Assembly (NCBI RefSeq): GCF_006345805.1
Contig: NC_043008.1
Coordinates: 47,678,001 to 47,742,000 of the forward strand
Direction of reading: 5' to 3'
From: Octopus sinensis
Taxonomy: Eukaryota
DNA length: 64,000 nt
The notes beneath the pieces were generated by a model, which saw nothing but the letters and a program-made list of their open reading frames with translations, was not told the origin of the DNA and searched no databases. Of this stretch, positions 51,280 to 64,000 are shown piece after piece (the first letter of the stretch is position 1; every line of letters begins with the position of its first letter). Position numbers and translations under genes: made by a program.

Positions 51280-52020
51280 GAGAAAGTGGGAGAAAGTGTG
51301 GTAATAGGCGGAGTTAAGCCTTTGAAGTGAGAGAGGGAAGTCGTAAAATATTGAGTTTTCTCGAATTTTTGCTTAATTGGGGGTGAAGTTGAAAGAAATT
51401 TATATGCCTTGACCGAATGGAATGTACTTGGAAAAATCATAGGTAAACTCCAATTGAAGAAATTGTGTGAGGAGTAAATAGTTATGTATTTATTTGTTTC
51501 TGTTTGCTCTGTATTTTTTTTTTTTTTGAGTAGTGGTTTAAGGTACACTTGCAAAGAGAAAGTAGGAGAAATTATGGTAATAGCAGGAGTGAAGCAGTTG
51601 AAATTAGAGAGGCAAATCGTAAAAGATTTACTTTTCTCGAATTTTTGCTTAATTGGGGGTGAAGTTGAAAGAAATTTATATGCCTTGACCGAATGGAATG
51701 TACTTGGAAAAATCATAGGTAAACTCCAATTGAAGAAATTGTGTGAGGAGTAAATAGTTATGTATTTATTTGTTTCTGTTTGCTCTGTATTTTTTTTTTT
51801 TTTGAGTAGTGGTTTAAGGTACACTTGCAAAGAGAAAGTAGGAGAAATTATGGTAATAGCAGGAGTGAAGCAGTTGAAATTAGAGAGGCAAATCGTAAAA
51901 GATTTACTTTTCTCGAATTTTTGCTTAATTGGGGGTCAAATTGAAAAAAACTTTATATGCCATGACCCAATCGAATCTACTAGTAAACATCGTTGGTAAA
52001 TTCCAATTGAAGAAATTCTA
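51280..52020. repeat. 276-bp tandem repeat, about 2.7 copies
   Basis: Identical ORFs at 51484 and 51760 fix the period at 276. The central copies are essentially identical; the outer ends diverge. Confidence 0.9.
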
Positions 52021-52083
52021 TATTGTAGAATTGTATTAAAAAGGAACATGGAAACAGGCAGAGAAAATCTGCCTTTTATCATA

Positions 52084-52141
<58 letters not shown>

Positions 52142-52607
52142 ATTTAAACATAATACATAATAATAGGGTAATAAGAAATTATTATTAGCAGTGGCCTAGC
52201 ACAAAACCAAATTAGTCATATATTATTCACATAGAAATACGATAAGAGGCTTCCAAAAAGGAAAACGTTTCCCATCTCAGTCATTTCCCGGACCATGGTT
52301 TCTAACTATTTCCAGCAAAAAAAAAATTTGCTGAAGGTCAGTTTCATCAGTGGGACAGCCTTTTGATTTCAAATACACAAACACAGCCAGATCCACAAGT
52401 AAAGTTTTAAAATAACTGGGAAATAACTGAGATGGTAACCGTTTTTTTATTTTCCTTCCTTTGGAAAAATTATCCATATTTGGTGGTTTTGAGTTTTCTA
52501 CTGCTCTTTCTAGCACAAGGCTTTCCTATTTGGAAGCCTCTTATTGTATTTCTATATATATATATATATTATATTATATTATATTATATTATATTATATT
52601 ATATTAT

Positions 52608-52663
<56 letters not shown>

Positions 52664-52671
52664 TATATATA

Positions 52672-53007
52672 GGCGCATGGCTCAGTGGTTAGAGCGTCGA
52701 GCTTACGATCGTGAGGTTGTGAGCTCGAATCCCGGACCGGGCTGGGTGTTGTGTTCATGAGCAAGGCACTTTATTTCACGTTGCTCCAGTTCAGTCAGCT
52801 ATAGAAATGAGCTGCGACGTCACTGGTGCCATGCTGTATCGACCTTTGTCTTTCCCTTGGATAACACTGGTGGCGTGGAGAGGGGAGGCTGGTATGCATG
52901 GGCGACTGCTGGTCTTCCATAAACAACCATGCCCGGACTTGTGTCTAGGAGGGTAACTTTCTAGGTGCAATCCCATGGTCATTCATGACCGAAGGGGGTC
53001 TTTACCC
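52672..53007 (+). mobile_element. tRNA-derived SINE family C, apparently full length
   Basis: A-box TGGCTCAGTGG, B-box-like GCTCGAATCC, conserved-looking body (gagcaaggcactttatttcacgttgctccagt...gggcgactgctggtcttcc), inserted in (TA)n. Confidence 0.85.
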
Positions 53008-53288
53008 TTTATATATATATATATATATATATTATACATATGTATATATTACGATGATCCGGTTCTTGACTGAAGACTGAGGGTTTCGAATGTCCTGTCC
53101 GTGTTTATTGTATCGTCTTCTAAGAGTTATACGTTCTTGTCCATGTTGTATTTTTCTACATACCTTAACATATGTGAATATATATATATATATTATATTA
53201 TATTATATTATATTATATTATATATATATGTATATATAATTATATATAGATATAGATATTATATATATATATATATATATATTATACA

Positions 53289-53324
<36 letters not shown>

Positions 53325-53775
53325 TATACACATACATACAAACATATATCTCGGTTGGGGTTTGTAGTGAATGAGAAAAGCTCTAGAGTCGTGAAGGCAG
53401 TTACTGAAAACATGGCTGAAAATAGGGATGGCAAAAACAAAAAAATTGAAGCGAGTGACGATCATTCATTTTATTCTCAGTAAATGATTTCGATCTGTAA
53501 GTTAGTTACATCCCTATAACTATAAATTAAATTATAGATTTCTTCCATGCTATGCCAATATATTTGAATAATTTCTTAAGAATTTGCACCAAATCTTCCG
53601 GATATGTCAAGTGAATTGCGACTATTTTTCTTTTACATTTCACGGAAAAGAATACAGCAGAATGCATTTATTGTGAAATATATATATGTATTAATTTATA
53701 TATGTGTGTACTGTTTATGTGTGTGAGTGGGGGGGGGGTAGTTTTGTTGCATTGCGATGTCGGCCATTGCATTTA

Positions 53776-53776
53776 C

Positions 53777-53816
<40 letters not shown>

Positions 53817-53880
53817 GATTATTATTATTATTATTATCATTATTATTATTATTATTGTTGTTGCTGTTGATGTTGTTGTC

Positions 53881-53918
<38 letters not shown>

Positions 53919-54005
53919 TAGTAGTGGTAGTAGTAGTAGTAGTAGTAGTATGAGAAGAAGAAGAAGAATATGCTACTCTTCTTGCTGCTGCTGCTAATAA
54001 AAATG

Positions 54006-54070
<65 letters not shown>

Positions 54071-54085
54071 GATAGCAACAACAGT
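53776..54085. repeat. Compound trinucleotide microsatellite (ATT-GTT-AGT-AGA-GCT-AAT)
   Basis: Successive motif changes; the outer ATT and AAT tracts are reverse complements. Confidence 0.9.
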
Positions 54086-55123
54086 AAGATAATAATTACC
54101 AATGCACAACCAAACGAAAGCTGTGAACAAAATCAACTCAAACAAATAAATAATAAACTAAAACAATGAATAAAATGGAATTTGAGGATAAATTAAGCTT
54201 GAAATGTCTAAAGTTAAAAGTCATGAAATTAGTAAAACTAAAAGTGGTAGAAATTGCAGAAATAAAAACAATTACTATTTCCTTATGGATCAACAAAATG
54301 ACTTGCAATGGAAATAAAGCAGTCAAGAATAATAATGTGAAAGGGTTAAAAATAAAACTGACACGGACATTAATATTACAGGGTGGAATGAAATGATTTA
54401 TACGGCATCCATAGTATTTATAAAGGGAATAGACATTCCCTCAGATGTATTCACACAGGAATGCCATAACCTAAGTAAACAACACGGAGAATAAATCGCA
54501 AGGAAAAAAAAGATATAAAATGAAAGAAAAAAGATCTCTCAATCCGTCATGAAATCATTAACAAAAAGGTCAGAAACGATAAAGAAGTGGGTAGGGGCAG
54601 ATGGCAGCACATGATTGTTAGATAAAAAAGAAACGTTGAAACCTAAAGTACGCTTGGAACAAGAGATCCTTGTGAAATGTCAGGATCCATCGGTTTGAAA
54701 GGCGACAATTATTCTTTGAACATAACAGTGCTACGCCAATCAAAACGAGTTCTATGTATATCCAGAACTACGTAAAAATAAGTAGAAATAAATCAATGCT
54801 GCCTTCTCACCGAGAGTAGTAGACTGTTGTATCGAAATAGAAGACGCGTGAAAGTGTCAACATGAACGAGACTGTGAAACAGTTGTCACGTCACATCATC
54901 GAAAGTGGGAGACCGACACAAGATTCAGTCCAACTACTGAAAATAAAATATTAATAACCCTCAAGAAAGTACGTTAAGGTACAAAATTTCGGATTAAAAA
55001 TTTCATAATATGATGTGATAATCGTGTAGAGATCTTCAATACAATGCTAATGTACAATTCCACACTGATTCACCAGGGGGGACCATTTTAGTTAGCAAAA
55101 GCATAGAAATCGCAACATCACAG

Positions 55124-56609
55124 ACTCAGCCATTAAAATCAAAATTTCTACTAGAATCGCCAGCCTTTACAATCAGATTTTCTACTAGAATTGCCTGCCA
55201 TTACAATCAGATTTTCTGCAAGAATCGCCAGCCAATACAATCGGATATTCAGCTAGAATCACCAACAACTACAATCACAATTTCTACTGAAATCGCCAGG
55301 CATTACAATCGGATTTTCTACTAGAATCACCAGCCATTATAATCAGATTTTCTACTAAAATCGGCAGCCATTACAATCGGTATTTCTACTGGAATCGCCA
55401 GCCATTAAAATCCAATTTTCTGCTAGAATCGCCAGCCATTACAATCAGATTTTCTAATACATCGCCAGCCATTACAATCCGATTTCCGGCTAGAATAGCC
55501 AGCCATTATAATCAGATTTTCTACTAAAATCGCCAGCCATTACAATCCGATTTTCTACTGAGATCGCCAGCCATCACATTCAGATTTTCTGCTAGAATCG
55601 CCAGCTATTTCAATCAGATTTCTGCTAGAATCGCCATCCATTACAATCAAATTGTCAACTAAAATCGGCAGCATTTACAATCAAATTGTCTCCTAGAATC
55701 ACCGGCCATTACAATCAGATGTTCTACTAAAATCGCCCGCCAATACAACCAGATTTTCTACTAGAATCGCCAGCCATTACAATCAGATTTTCTACTAGAA
55801 TCGCCAGCATTAACAATCAAATTTCCTGCTAGAATCACCAGCCAAAACAATAAGATATCCCACTATAATCGCAAGCGATTACAATCAAATTTTCTAATAA
55901 AATCGCCAGCCATTACAAACAGATTTTCTAATAAAATCGCCAGCCATTACAAGCAGATTTCTACAAGAGTCACCGGCCATTACAATCAGATTTCTACAAG
56001 AGTCACCGGCCATTACAATCAGATTTTCTACTAGAATCGCCAGCCATTACAATCAGATTTTCTACTGAAATCGTCACCAATTACAATTATAATTCTGCGA
56101 GAATCGCCTGCCATTACAATCATATTTCCGTCTACAATCAGCAGCCATTATAATCAGGTTTTCTACTAAAATCGCCAGACATTGCAATTATATTTTCTAC
56201 TAAAAATCGCCAGCCATTACAATCATTTTTTCTGCTACAATCACCAGCCATTACAATCCGATATTCTACTAAAATCGACAAACATTACAATCATATTTTC
56301 AACTAAAATCGCCAGCCATTTCAATCAGATTTCTGCTAGAATCGCCATCCATTACAATCGGATTGTCAACTAAAATCAGCAGCATTTACAATCAAATTGT
56401 CTCCTAGAATCACCAGTCATTACAATCAGATGTTCTACTAAAATCGCCCGCCAATACAACCAGATTTTCTACTAGAATCGCCAGCCAATACAATCAGATT
56501 GTCTCCTAGAGTGACCAGCCATCACAATCAGATTTTCTAATAAAATCGCCGGCCATTACAATAAAATTTTCTACTAGTATCGCCAGCCATTACAATCGGA
56601 TTTCCTACT
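55124..56609. repeat. 34-bp minisatellite, about 44 diverged copies
   Basis: Consensus aatcgccagccattacaatcagattttctactag; occasional 33-bp units. Confidence 0.95.
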
Positions 56610-57404
56610 CACTGCTAAACCTTATCAGCATTAAAATCGCACAGAACGATTACTCTAAAGAAACGAAAACCCATTTCTTGAATGGTAGAAGAGGAACTGG
56701 AAATTAATCATTACAAGCAGATAACGTTTGAAATATTACCTTGATATGGATATTAGAAACATATATATGACTACAGAGGTACCAATAATAAAACAAATAC
56801 ATGCAACACACCATTGGTGAAAGGTAAATATTACTAGGGAGAAAGAGAAATGATGGAAATTTTAAAAATTAGCTGATCGCTATTAGAAGAATGATATACA
56901 AAGGTAGATCCCGATTTCCACTGCTTACCTGCGTGGTGGTAACACCCGTAACTAACGTGTTAAATAAAACGGATGAAAGTTATATTGCGGTGGGACAACC
57001 AACCATCTTTGTAACTGAACGACTTCAACCTGTACACCGCAGATGATAAGCAACTAGATATGCTGACTTATACGGAGAGAATACGGATTGCTATATAATT
57101 CGGATTAGCATCATGTTCCCTGACAACTTTTGAGAGAAGAAAATTAATAATGAACAGAGCTAAAGGAAGATTGCAACCAATACCAAAGGAGATGCCTTGT
57201 AATCGAACAACACATTCCAAAACGCCAATGATATATCGCAAATGATAGAAAAATCATCCAAAGATGAGGTAGGAAAGCATAATTCAACTGTAATTCAGTA
57301 ATTCACATGAGAATGATTAAAATATAAGCAGCCAAATTCATAAGGAAAACCGCAGGGCTTAAGATTAATCAGAATATAGAGAAGATAAAACCATTTTGCA
57401 CAAC

Positions 57405-57409
57405 AAAGG

Positions 57410-57445
<36 letters not shown>

Positions 57446-57491
57446 TAACAACGACAACTACAACAACAACAAAAACAACAACAACAACAAC

Positions 57492-57558
<67 letters not shown>

Positions 57559-57575
57559 TAACAATAACAATAACA
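57405..57575. repeat. (AAC)n(AAT)n microsatellite
   Basis: Compound trinucleotide run. Confidence 0.9.
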
Positions 57576-58021
57576 ATACCAGTATAGAAATAAATTAACA
57601 AGAAACGCCAAAGAAACTAAATGTTATAGAGAGATTCATGACACTTCCATTTCTAACTGAAGAAATCCTGGGCCTACACGACAACAGCGTTAACAAGATG
57701 AAGATGTGACGGGATGGGATGTGAAAAATGTTCTTTTTGAATCCTATGTTAGCACAGTTTTCATGAAAGGCATTTCAATAGAGAGAGAAAAAAAGTAATT
57801 AAGGTAATTAATGACTAAAGAATTATACCGAAACTTATTATCGTCCTTCTCTAAACAGAACTTTATACATTCATACATACATTATACATACATGTATGTA
57901 TAATGTATGTATGTATATATATATATATATATATGTTGGTATGTGGTTATATATATATATATATATATACATATATATGTATGAATGTTTGTATGTATGT
58001 GTATATGCATGTATATATCTA

Positions 58022-58083
<62 letters not shown>

Positions 58084-60417
58084 CCCTGTGTTTTATATAC
58101 CACGAACTTTATCTTTCGTTGGTAAATACACCCAAGATATTGATTTACTTAGCAAAATAGCAGAAAACTCATCTATCACCTATAATCTATAAATCGAAGT
58201 AAGATAAATGTAATAACTTGTTTCAAAATGGAGCAGTCCAGTGATAAGAAATATTCGATAAACATTTTCTCCCGAAATAAACACATCGTTTTGTTGAATA
58301 AAAACACGATGAAAGGCAGTGCCCCACCTATACACCCTGTTATTTACTTTCTTAGATTTTATAGAAAACTAATATGAATCTTTAGAACATTCAACAGAGA
58401 AAGTTGTACGTCTTCATAATGTATTCACCGAGTTGAATTTCCCATTCATTCTATCTCTGAACTAAGTATTCTCAGAATGGAAAGTCATGAACTCTTGAAT
58501 AACAAGTCAAACTATACAAGAACTCAACGTTGATAAGCCGCGGCAGGTATTATACGCTGCTAAATTATTTCGCTATCAATGATATGAGATCTATCGTATA
58601 GCAGCCAGGGCTGCAAGAAGCATGAAACCAAACACTAAAGCAGAATTGCATTCGAATACTGAAGCCAAAGAAAGGACTTACAATTGTTTCTCTGAAATAG
58701 ACTTCATTATTCTTAAGATAATAAAGGACCGCGTAAGTAATGGATTACATGTTCTGTCAACAATAAAGTCTGCTAATTAACGAAAGAAGAATAATAATAA
58801 ACACAAACTAAGTACAATTTATGGACAGAATTTGGGCCATTACAACAAAAAGCAATGAGACGTGGCTTTCTTCGACATATTATGAATAACTTTTAAGTCA
58901 TACTGGAATCACAACCTGTGCTCTTAACTATAACGACACACTCTAACAGAATAATAAAATATAAGGGACGGTTACGGCTGGAATGCTTTCTGATAATGTG
59001 TGGGCTTGAGTGGTGTTGGTCTGGAGCTAAACATAGACAAGCTGAAGGACGGAAAATGCAAGTACACAAAAGTAATAATAAAAATTCGTTTAAAAACAGA
59101 ACAAAATAAAAAGAAACCAATTTTGATCGGTACCATGTAGGAGAATTGTGCAAGAACAAAAATATGCAATATTTTCCATTGGCAAATAGTAACAGAGAAA
59201 AGAGGATGAAAGCAGCAAAGTGTATTCTCCATAGCTCGTATGAGATATGAATATAAAGCAACAAATCGTGTGTATTATGCAGCATCTGGTGTAATATACA
59301 AACAGTCAGGACAAAATATACAAGTGTATCATAACGCGAAGTAAAGAGCCATCCAATTTCGGAGTTCTATATAGAGAAACTGATGAAGCAAAAAGGAAAA
59401 TTGTTTCCGATGATATAAGGTATACAAACATGGCGTCGCTAAATATAAACAAAAATATATATCTATAAAAGAGAAGGCTAAAGAAAAAGCAAATGATTGA
59501 CAAAGTGCAACACATTTGAATGGTGAACGTTGCATATTTGAGATTAAACATAAGCATGAACAAGTTGAATATAAGAAAAGAATAAGAATAGAAGGTAGGA
59601 TGAAGTTTCTACTGAAAAGTAATGACACTCTGAGGTCAAAGAATTTTAGACATGTCTGTTGTGTTCAAACACCATATAGAGAAAGAAATAGTTGAAGAGG
59701 ACATATAACCGTAGAAAGAAAGTATATATATATAGAGAGAGAGAGAAAGAGAGGGGCTTTAGAAAGGGCAGAGAAGGATCAATACATGCAAAAAAGATTA
59801 GGAATGTTAAGGGATTGGCAGGAGAATAAGCAGTATGTAGAGATTTCTATAATATCCACATGAATGGATGTTGGAAAAGTTGAGCATCAAAGCACTGAGA
59901 TATGACAAATGTTCATCAGTAACTGTAGAGAAACTGGATCTGGCTCTTCACAAGACAAAAGCATTTCAAGAAGCGTAGAATTCGAGTACGGAGTTCTCCG
60001 GAACTCATTACCGTTCACATGTAAATTTACTCCAGCAAATATTTGAGGTCGGTTGAAACAGTAGACATGTAGAAAATTTGGGCTGGCATTAAATAACCGA
60101 GTTGAATATTTCCCAAATCACGACGACTCTTAGAAATGGTATTAGGCATAACATAAATGTTTAGCTCAGGCCAAAAGAAACGCTAATTAGTTGCCATAGT
60201 GACATGCTGATGAGGTAAATTATCAAACGCAGAGAATACCGGGAATGCAAATAATTGAATGAGTCATTAATGAACATTTGTAAAAATCGTAGGATTTGAT
60301 TCCGTGTTTTAAAAAATCAACATAAAACAATAAAAGAACAAATAAAGAAAGAAATATTCTACGATTGACGATAAAATTGAGAAAAAATGTTTCAAATTTT
60401 GGAACAAAACCTGTAAG

Positions 60418-60553
60418 TTTAGCGGAGTGGATGGGTCGATTAAACCGACCCCAAAACTCAGCTGGTACTTATTTTATTGACTCCGAAAGGATGAAAGGCT
60501 AAATCGACCTCGGCGGATTTCGAACTCAGAATGTAAAGACGGGTGAAATGCCC
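60418..60553 (-). mobile_element. SINE family B fragment
   Basis: ctggtacttattttattgactccgaaaggatgaaaggctaaatcgacctcggcggatttcgaactcagaa. Confidence 0.75.
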
Positions 60554-61605
60554 GATGATGTTCTGTGAAATATAAACACTAGGTTTTGAGTGCCACTGCT
60601 TGAAAAGTGTTTCTTCAAAAAAAGGTGTTCGTTGTCTTTCGATAACACGACGATTATGGCGAAGAATATTTGCGCAAATGCAAAACAATTCATAAAACGA
60701 CAAGAATGGAAGAACTTAAAAATAAATTCAGAACTTTATTCTAAAATAGTCTATAAATATGGAAATATGAAGAATTCGTAGAGGCCTAGTGAGACTCTTG
60801 TTATTTACGATTGAAATGGATTTTGAGAGTAAAAAACGTATAAATGTTATTTAAAGAAAGCAACAATAATAAAAACTGCAAACGGAGAAATTTAAATATC
60901 ACAAAAGACAGAAAAAGTAAATATCCTTTCCATGAAAAATATTGCCACATATTATGGCCGCATTCTCCCCCCTCTCTCTCGTTGATTAATCAGAAATTAA
61001 AGAGTTTGTAATTTCAGTTTAATTAGTACCAGACATATAATGTGTGTGTGCGTGTATGTGTGTGCGTGTGTGTGTGTATCTATCTGTGTGTGTCCGTTTG
61101 TGTGTGCGTATGTGTGTGTGGGGGGGGGGTGTTTGTGTGTGTGTGTTGTAAGTTGACTCGATGCCCTCTCGGTACGTTATTCGAGTCAGTGTTTACTTAC
61201 ACCACAACACAGATTTAATGACTGGACAATACTGACTGACTTACATTGAATAGTTCAAAGTTGTCAGTATGAGTCTACGTAAGATGGGGCGGGGACAACA
61301 TTGCAGCGCAAACAACCGTACAGCGGCATCCTGATCATCGGGGACCAGGTCGAATTGGTCAGAAAAGACAATAAAGCTCCAAAGAGTGTTTTAATTGGTG
61401 TCATGCTTAAACTACCGTTACCTATCAAAGTGAAAGAAAGCAAAAATAAAAATATAAAGGAAACAAGTTGTTTGGAAAATAAAGTTACCCGTAATGGACG
61501 GCAGAAGCGGAAATATATCAGGACAGACGTCAAATTAAGAACTGCAAAGGATAGATTTGACAGAGACCACACGAACACAAACACACACACTCATACACAC
61601 ACTCA

Positions 61606-61741
<136 letters not shown>

Positions 61742-62465
61742 GCGACAGGTGCACACATATAACAAATTATACAAACAAAAACAATTTCAAACACATAGTC
61801 ATCTCTATATGCATTAGACGTAGATGCAATTCAGTGTATAGTTATTTGCATGTGTGTGTTATATTAACACGGCTGCTACACAACGTCTACCATATTCTTT
61901 AGTCATCTTAGGTGTCTAAGAAGTGTTGAAAAAATAAATTCTTCACCTAACGGAACATCTAGAGAAAGAGTAAGCTGTACCAGCGCCTATCTGATACTCA
62001 TTACAGCGGAGTAGATTGAAGCACCGTGAAATAAAAGGATAACACAAACCAAAAATAAAACCAACGAAATGATCCTCAAAATTGGAGAATATTTACAGAG
62101 TTATATCGGACACACCACACGCAACCCACGTTCACCCTCTAAAACTTCAGAAAAATGACTTCTTCCTGTTCCGGCCACCATCCTAAAGCTACGTACTTAA
62201 TGTGGAACAGTATACTCGTAACCACACAGATTTGTCCACTCCCATTCATCCTTTAACAGCAAGGAAGCATTTCTACACTCACACGATACCTTTTTATCTT
62301 CTTCCATAGATGTAGTTGGTGAGAAATTGATAATGGCAGACATGGCCTAACAAGACAAATAGATGCAAAATAGAAACTTTCATCTCGCCTAACATACAAC
62401 CCTCATCACCAAACACAGCAGACATCAGAAGTTTACGAAGTGTTCTTTGCCAAACAAATGGTTGT

Positions 62466-62870
62466 TTGTTCTCCAAGATGGACTCCTTTGACAGTCAAAT
62501 TCGTTCTGCAATTAGTAAACTCAAAAGTTACAAACGCAAATGCACAGGTTGTGTGCATTTTCATGAACTTTCAATTATCTTAGACAAGTCCCATGGGTGG
62601 CAGCTCCTACATGGCCACCCCTATAGAGATTGTACTCCCTCTCTTCAATTCTGTCAAGGCAAATGGAAACTGATACCCCCCACCCACCCAGAATATACTT
62701 CTCAGCCTGTCTTTATCAATGTCTACAATATCCCACCCCTATGGTCACTCAATTTCTCCTACCCCCGCCATTATTACTCATATACTCTGAGAAGGGGCAG
62801 AACATTTCAGAAGTTAGGCAAACACGGCCGTTTAAATAAATACCAAATCTTCATCCGTACCCTCTATTTC
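62466..62870 (+). pseudogene. Possible decayed LINE APE-endonuclease remnant
   Basis: About 135 codons open before the (CA)n tract; VFINVYNIPP resembles the APE motif iiNVYxPP. No GDFN or SDH motif is visible. Confidence 0.2.
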
Positions 62871-62922
62871 GACCACACTCACACAGACGCAATGACATAC
62901 ATACACACACACGCGCACACAC

Positions 62923-62963
<41 letters not shown>

Positions 62964-64000
62964 GAGTAATGGATGCAAATTTGACCATAGTAGGATTGAA
63001 ACTCGTTAGATAAAATAAGAAAGTACAGAACAGGATGATTGTCGCTCACCTTCTACTGATTGTAGTCAGAACTGAATCGGTAGAAACCGTTGAATTTGAG
63101 ATGAAGAATGGTTTTAGGCATTTTTTGCATTTTGACATATTTTATATTCCATCCACATCCGATTGAGTTGAATAAAGTCGATGATATCGATATTAATTTT
63201 TCACTGGTATTTATTTTGTCAGACACTGTCATTGGGATTATAATTGCGTTAATTTTATCCATACATTAGTAATTAGGTGTACGTCATTTAGTTTCTTCGT
63301 TCAGCCTCAACCTCATTACTCAGCGTTTTGGGAAGCAATTTAGATTAATGCCTGAATCTATTGTTCTTCCTGTAACTGTTGTTACCGTTATAGCTTTGTC
63401 GTTGATTTCATTTCATTCTGATTAGCTTCGTTCCAATGTGTCCTTCTTATCAGTGGGGGGATCGTGGCCAAATCTTTTCCTTTGCTTTCGTTGGCAAGGT
63501 TATGACTTCTTCAATTAATGTATCATCAAGATAGACGATTGCATCTAATTGAATGGATAGGGTTTCCATAATTCGTTAGCCTTCACTAGTACAACACTAC
63601 GACAGCAGCATAAATATAAAGGCGACAGCGGATTGGTCAGAATTTTAGATTTTACGATGTACGCTATGCTCTCAAAGGAACTCTTAATAGAACCTCTAGA
63701 CGATGTGAGATATGTCATGGTCTAAAGCAAGGAATTGGATAAAACTGAGTATATTAAACTCGGAGTATCCCAAGCAGCGTTCCCTAAGCAGTCAAAGAAT
63801 CAACGTCTTCTGTTTCCAACAGGCTACGTCCACCTAAGTAAGTGTAGTTGGTTATTGTAACAAAAAAGAAGATTTTAAAATGATGTTTCCTGTCACTTAA
63901 TAACTATTCATAAGCAGAATGATTTTTACTTTATTAAAATGTATTCAATAAGACACGTTATTACTTCACCTACATGCTTCTTCAGCTTCAGATATTCTGT

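Larger units (their letters stand above)
54900..59000 (+). mobile_element. Old, decayed R4/Dong-like LINE (RT region), interrupted by a minisatellite and microsatellites
   Basis: (W)FTRGTILVSKS at about 55065; IRRMIYKGRSRFPLLTCVVVTPVTNVLNKTDESY at 56882; LNDFNLYTADDKQLDML...I*FGLASCSLTTFERRKL at about 57015. Colinear with R4 RT motifs (IRRGIFQGDSLSPLLF, YMDDLKLYA..QL..L, FGLDKC). Boundaries approximate. Confidence 0.6.

Noticed and set aside
52672-52745. tRNA gene
   Set aside because: A and B boxes are present but there is no proper acceptor stem; it continues into a SINE body and has a homolog at 23190-23355.
53066-53100. Hammerhead-like CUGAAGA..CGAAUGUC
   Set aside because: The GAAA box is broken and no helix I or II pairing is found.
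54596-54612. CTCF-like motif (cagatggcagcac), also near 43000
   Set aside because: Only half-site matches; expected by chance in 64 kb.
55124-56609. CRISPR-like array or repetitive protein
   Set aside because: Units are contiguous with no unique spacers, the context is eukaryotic, and a 34-bp period with frequent stops breaks any reading frame.
63420-63570. LTR-retrotransposon RT motif (minus strand AIVYLDDTLI) and nearby IDSG
   Set aside because: Isolated motifs in the wrong order (RT before protease) with no other RT blocks.

Overview
AT-rich eukaryotic (metazoan) non-coding DNA, intronic or intergenic, saturated with (TA)n, (CA)n, (GATA)n and (AAT)n microsatellites. The SINE families and repeat landscape look like an octopus/coleoid cephalopod genome (inference). 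No complete protein-coding gene can be recognised; nearly all ORFs in the supplied track are microsatellite translations. Identifiable content is mobile-element debris: three tRNA-derived SINE families, R4/Dong-like RLE LINE fragments, a decayed CRE-clade retrotransposon, a mariner 3' fragment, a non-autonomous Helitron and a 5'-truncated Penelope-like element (RT plus GIY-YIG) bounded by about 250-bp inverted repeats. The most interesting signal is a set of minimal type I hammerhead-ribozyme motifs with a palindromic helix III: two canonical cores in the Penelope repeats (38822-38859 minus, 40865-40903 plus), two dispersed copies sharing a non-canonical CUGUYGA core (7796-7833, 45473-45510) and one decayed copy (1497-1539). 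There are also several microsatellite-flanked foldback elements and a 1.5-kb 34-bp minisatellite that appears to have expanded from inside an R4-like RT gene. A few candidate exons are listed at low confidence. All family assignments come from motif recognition by eye, not database searches.
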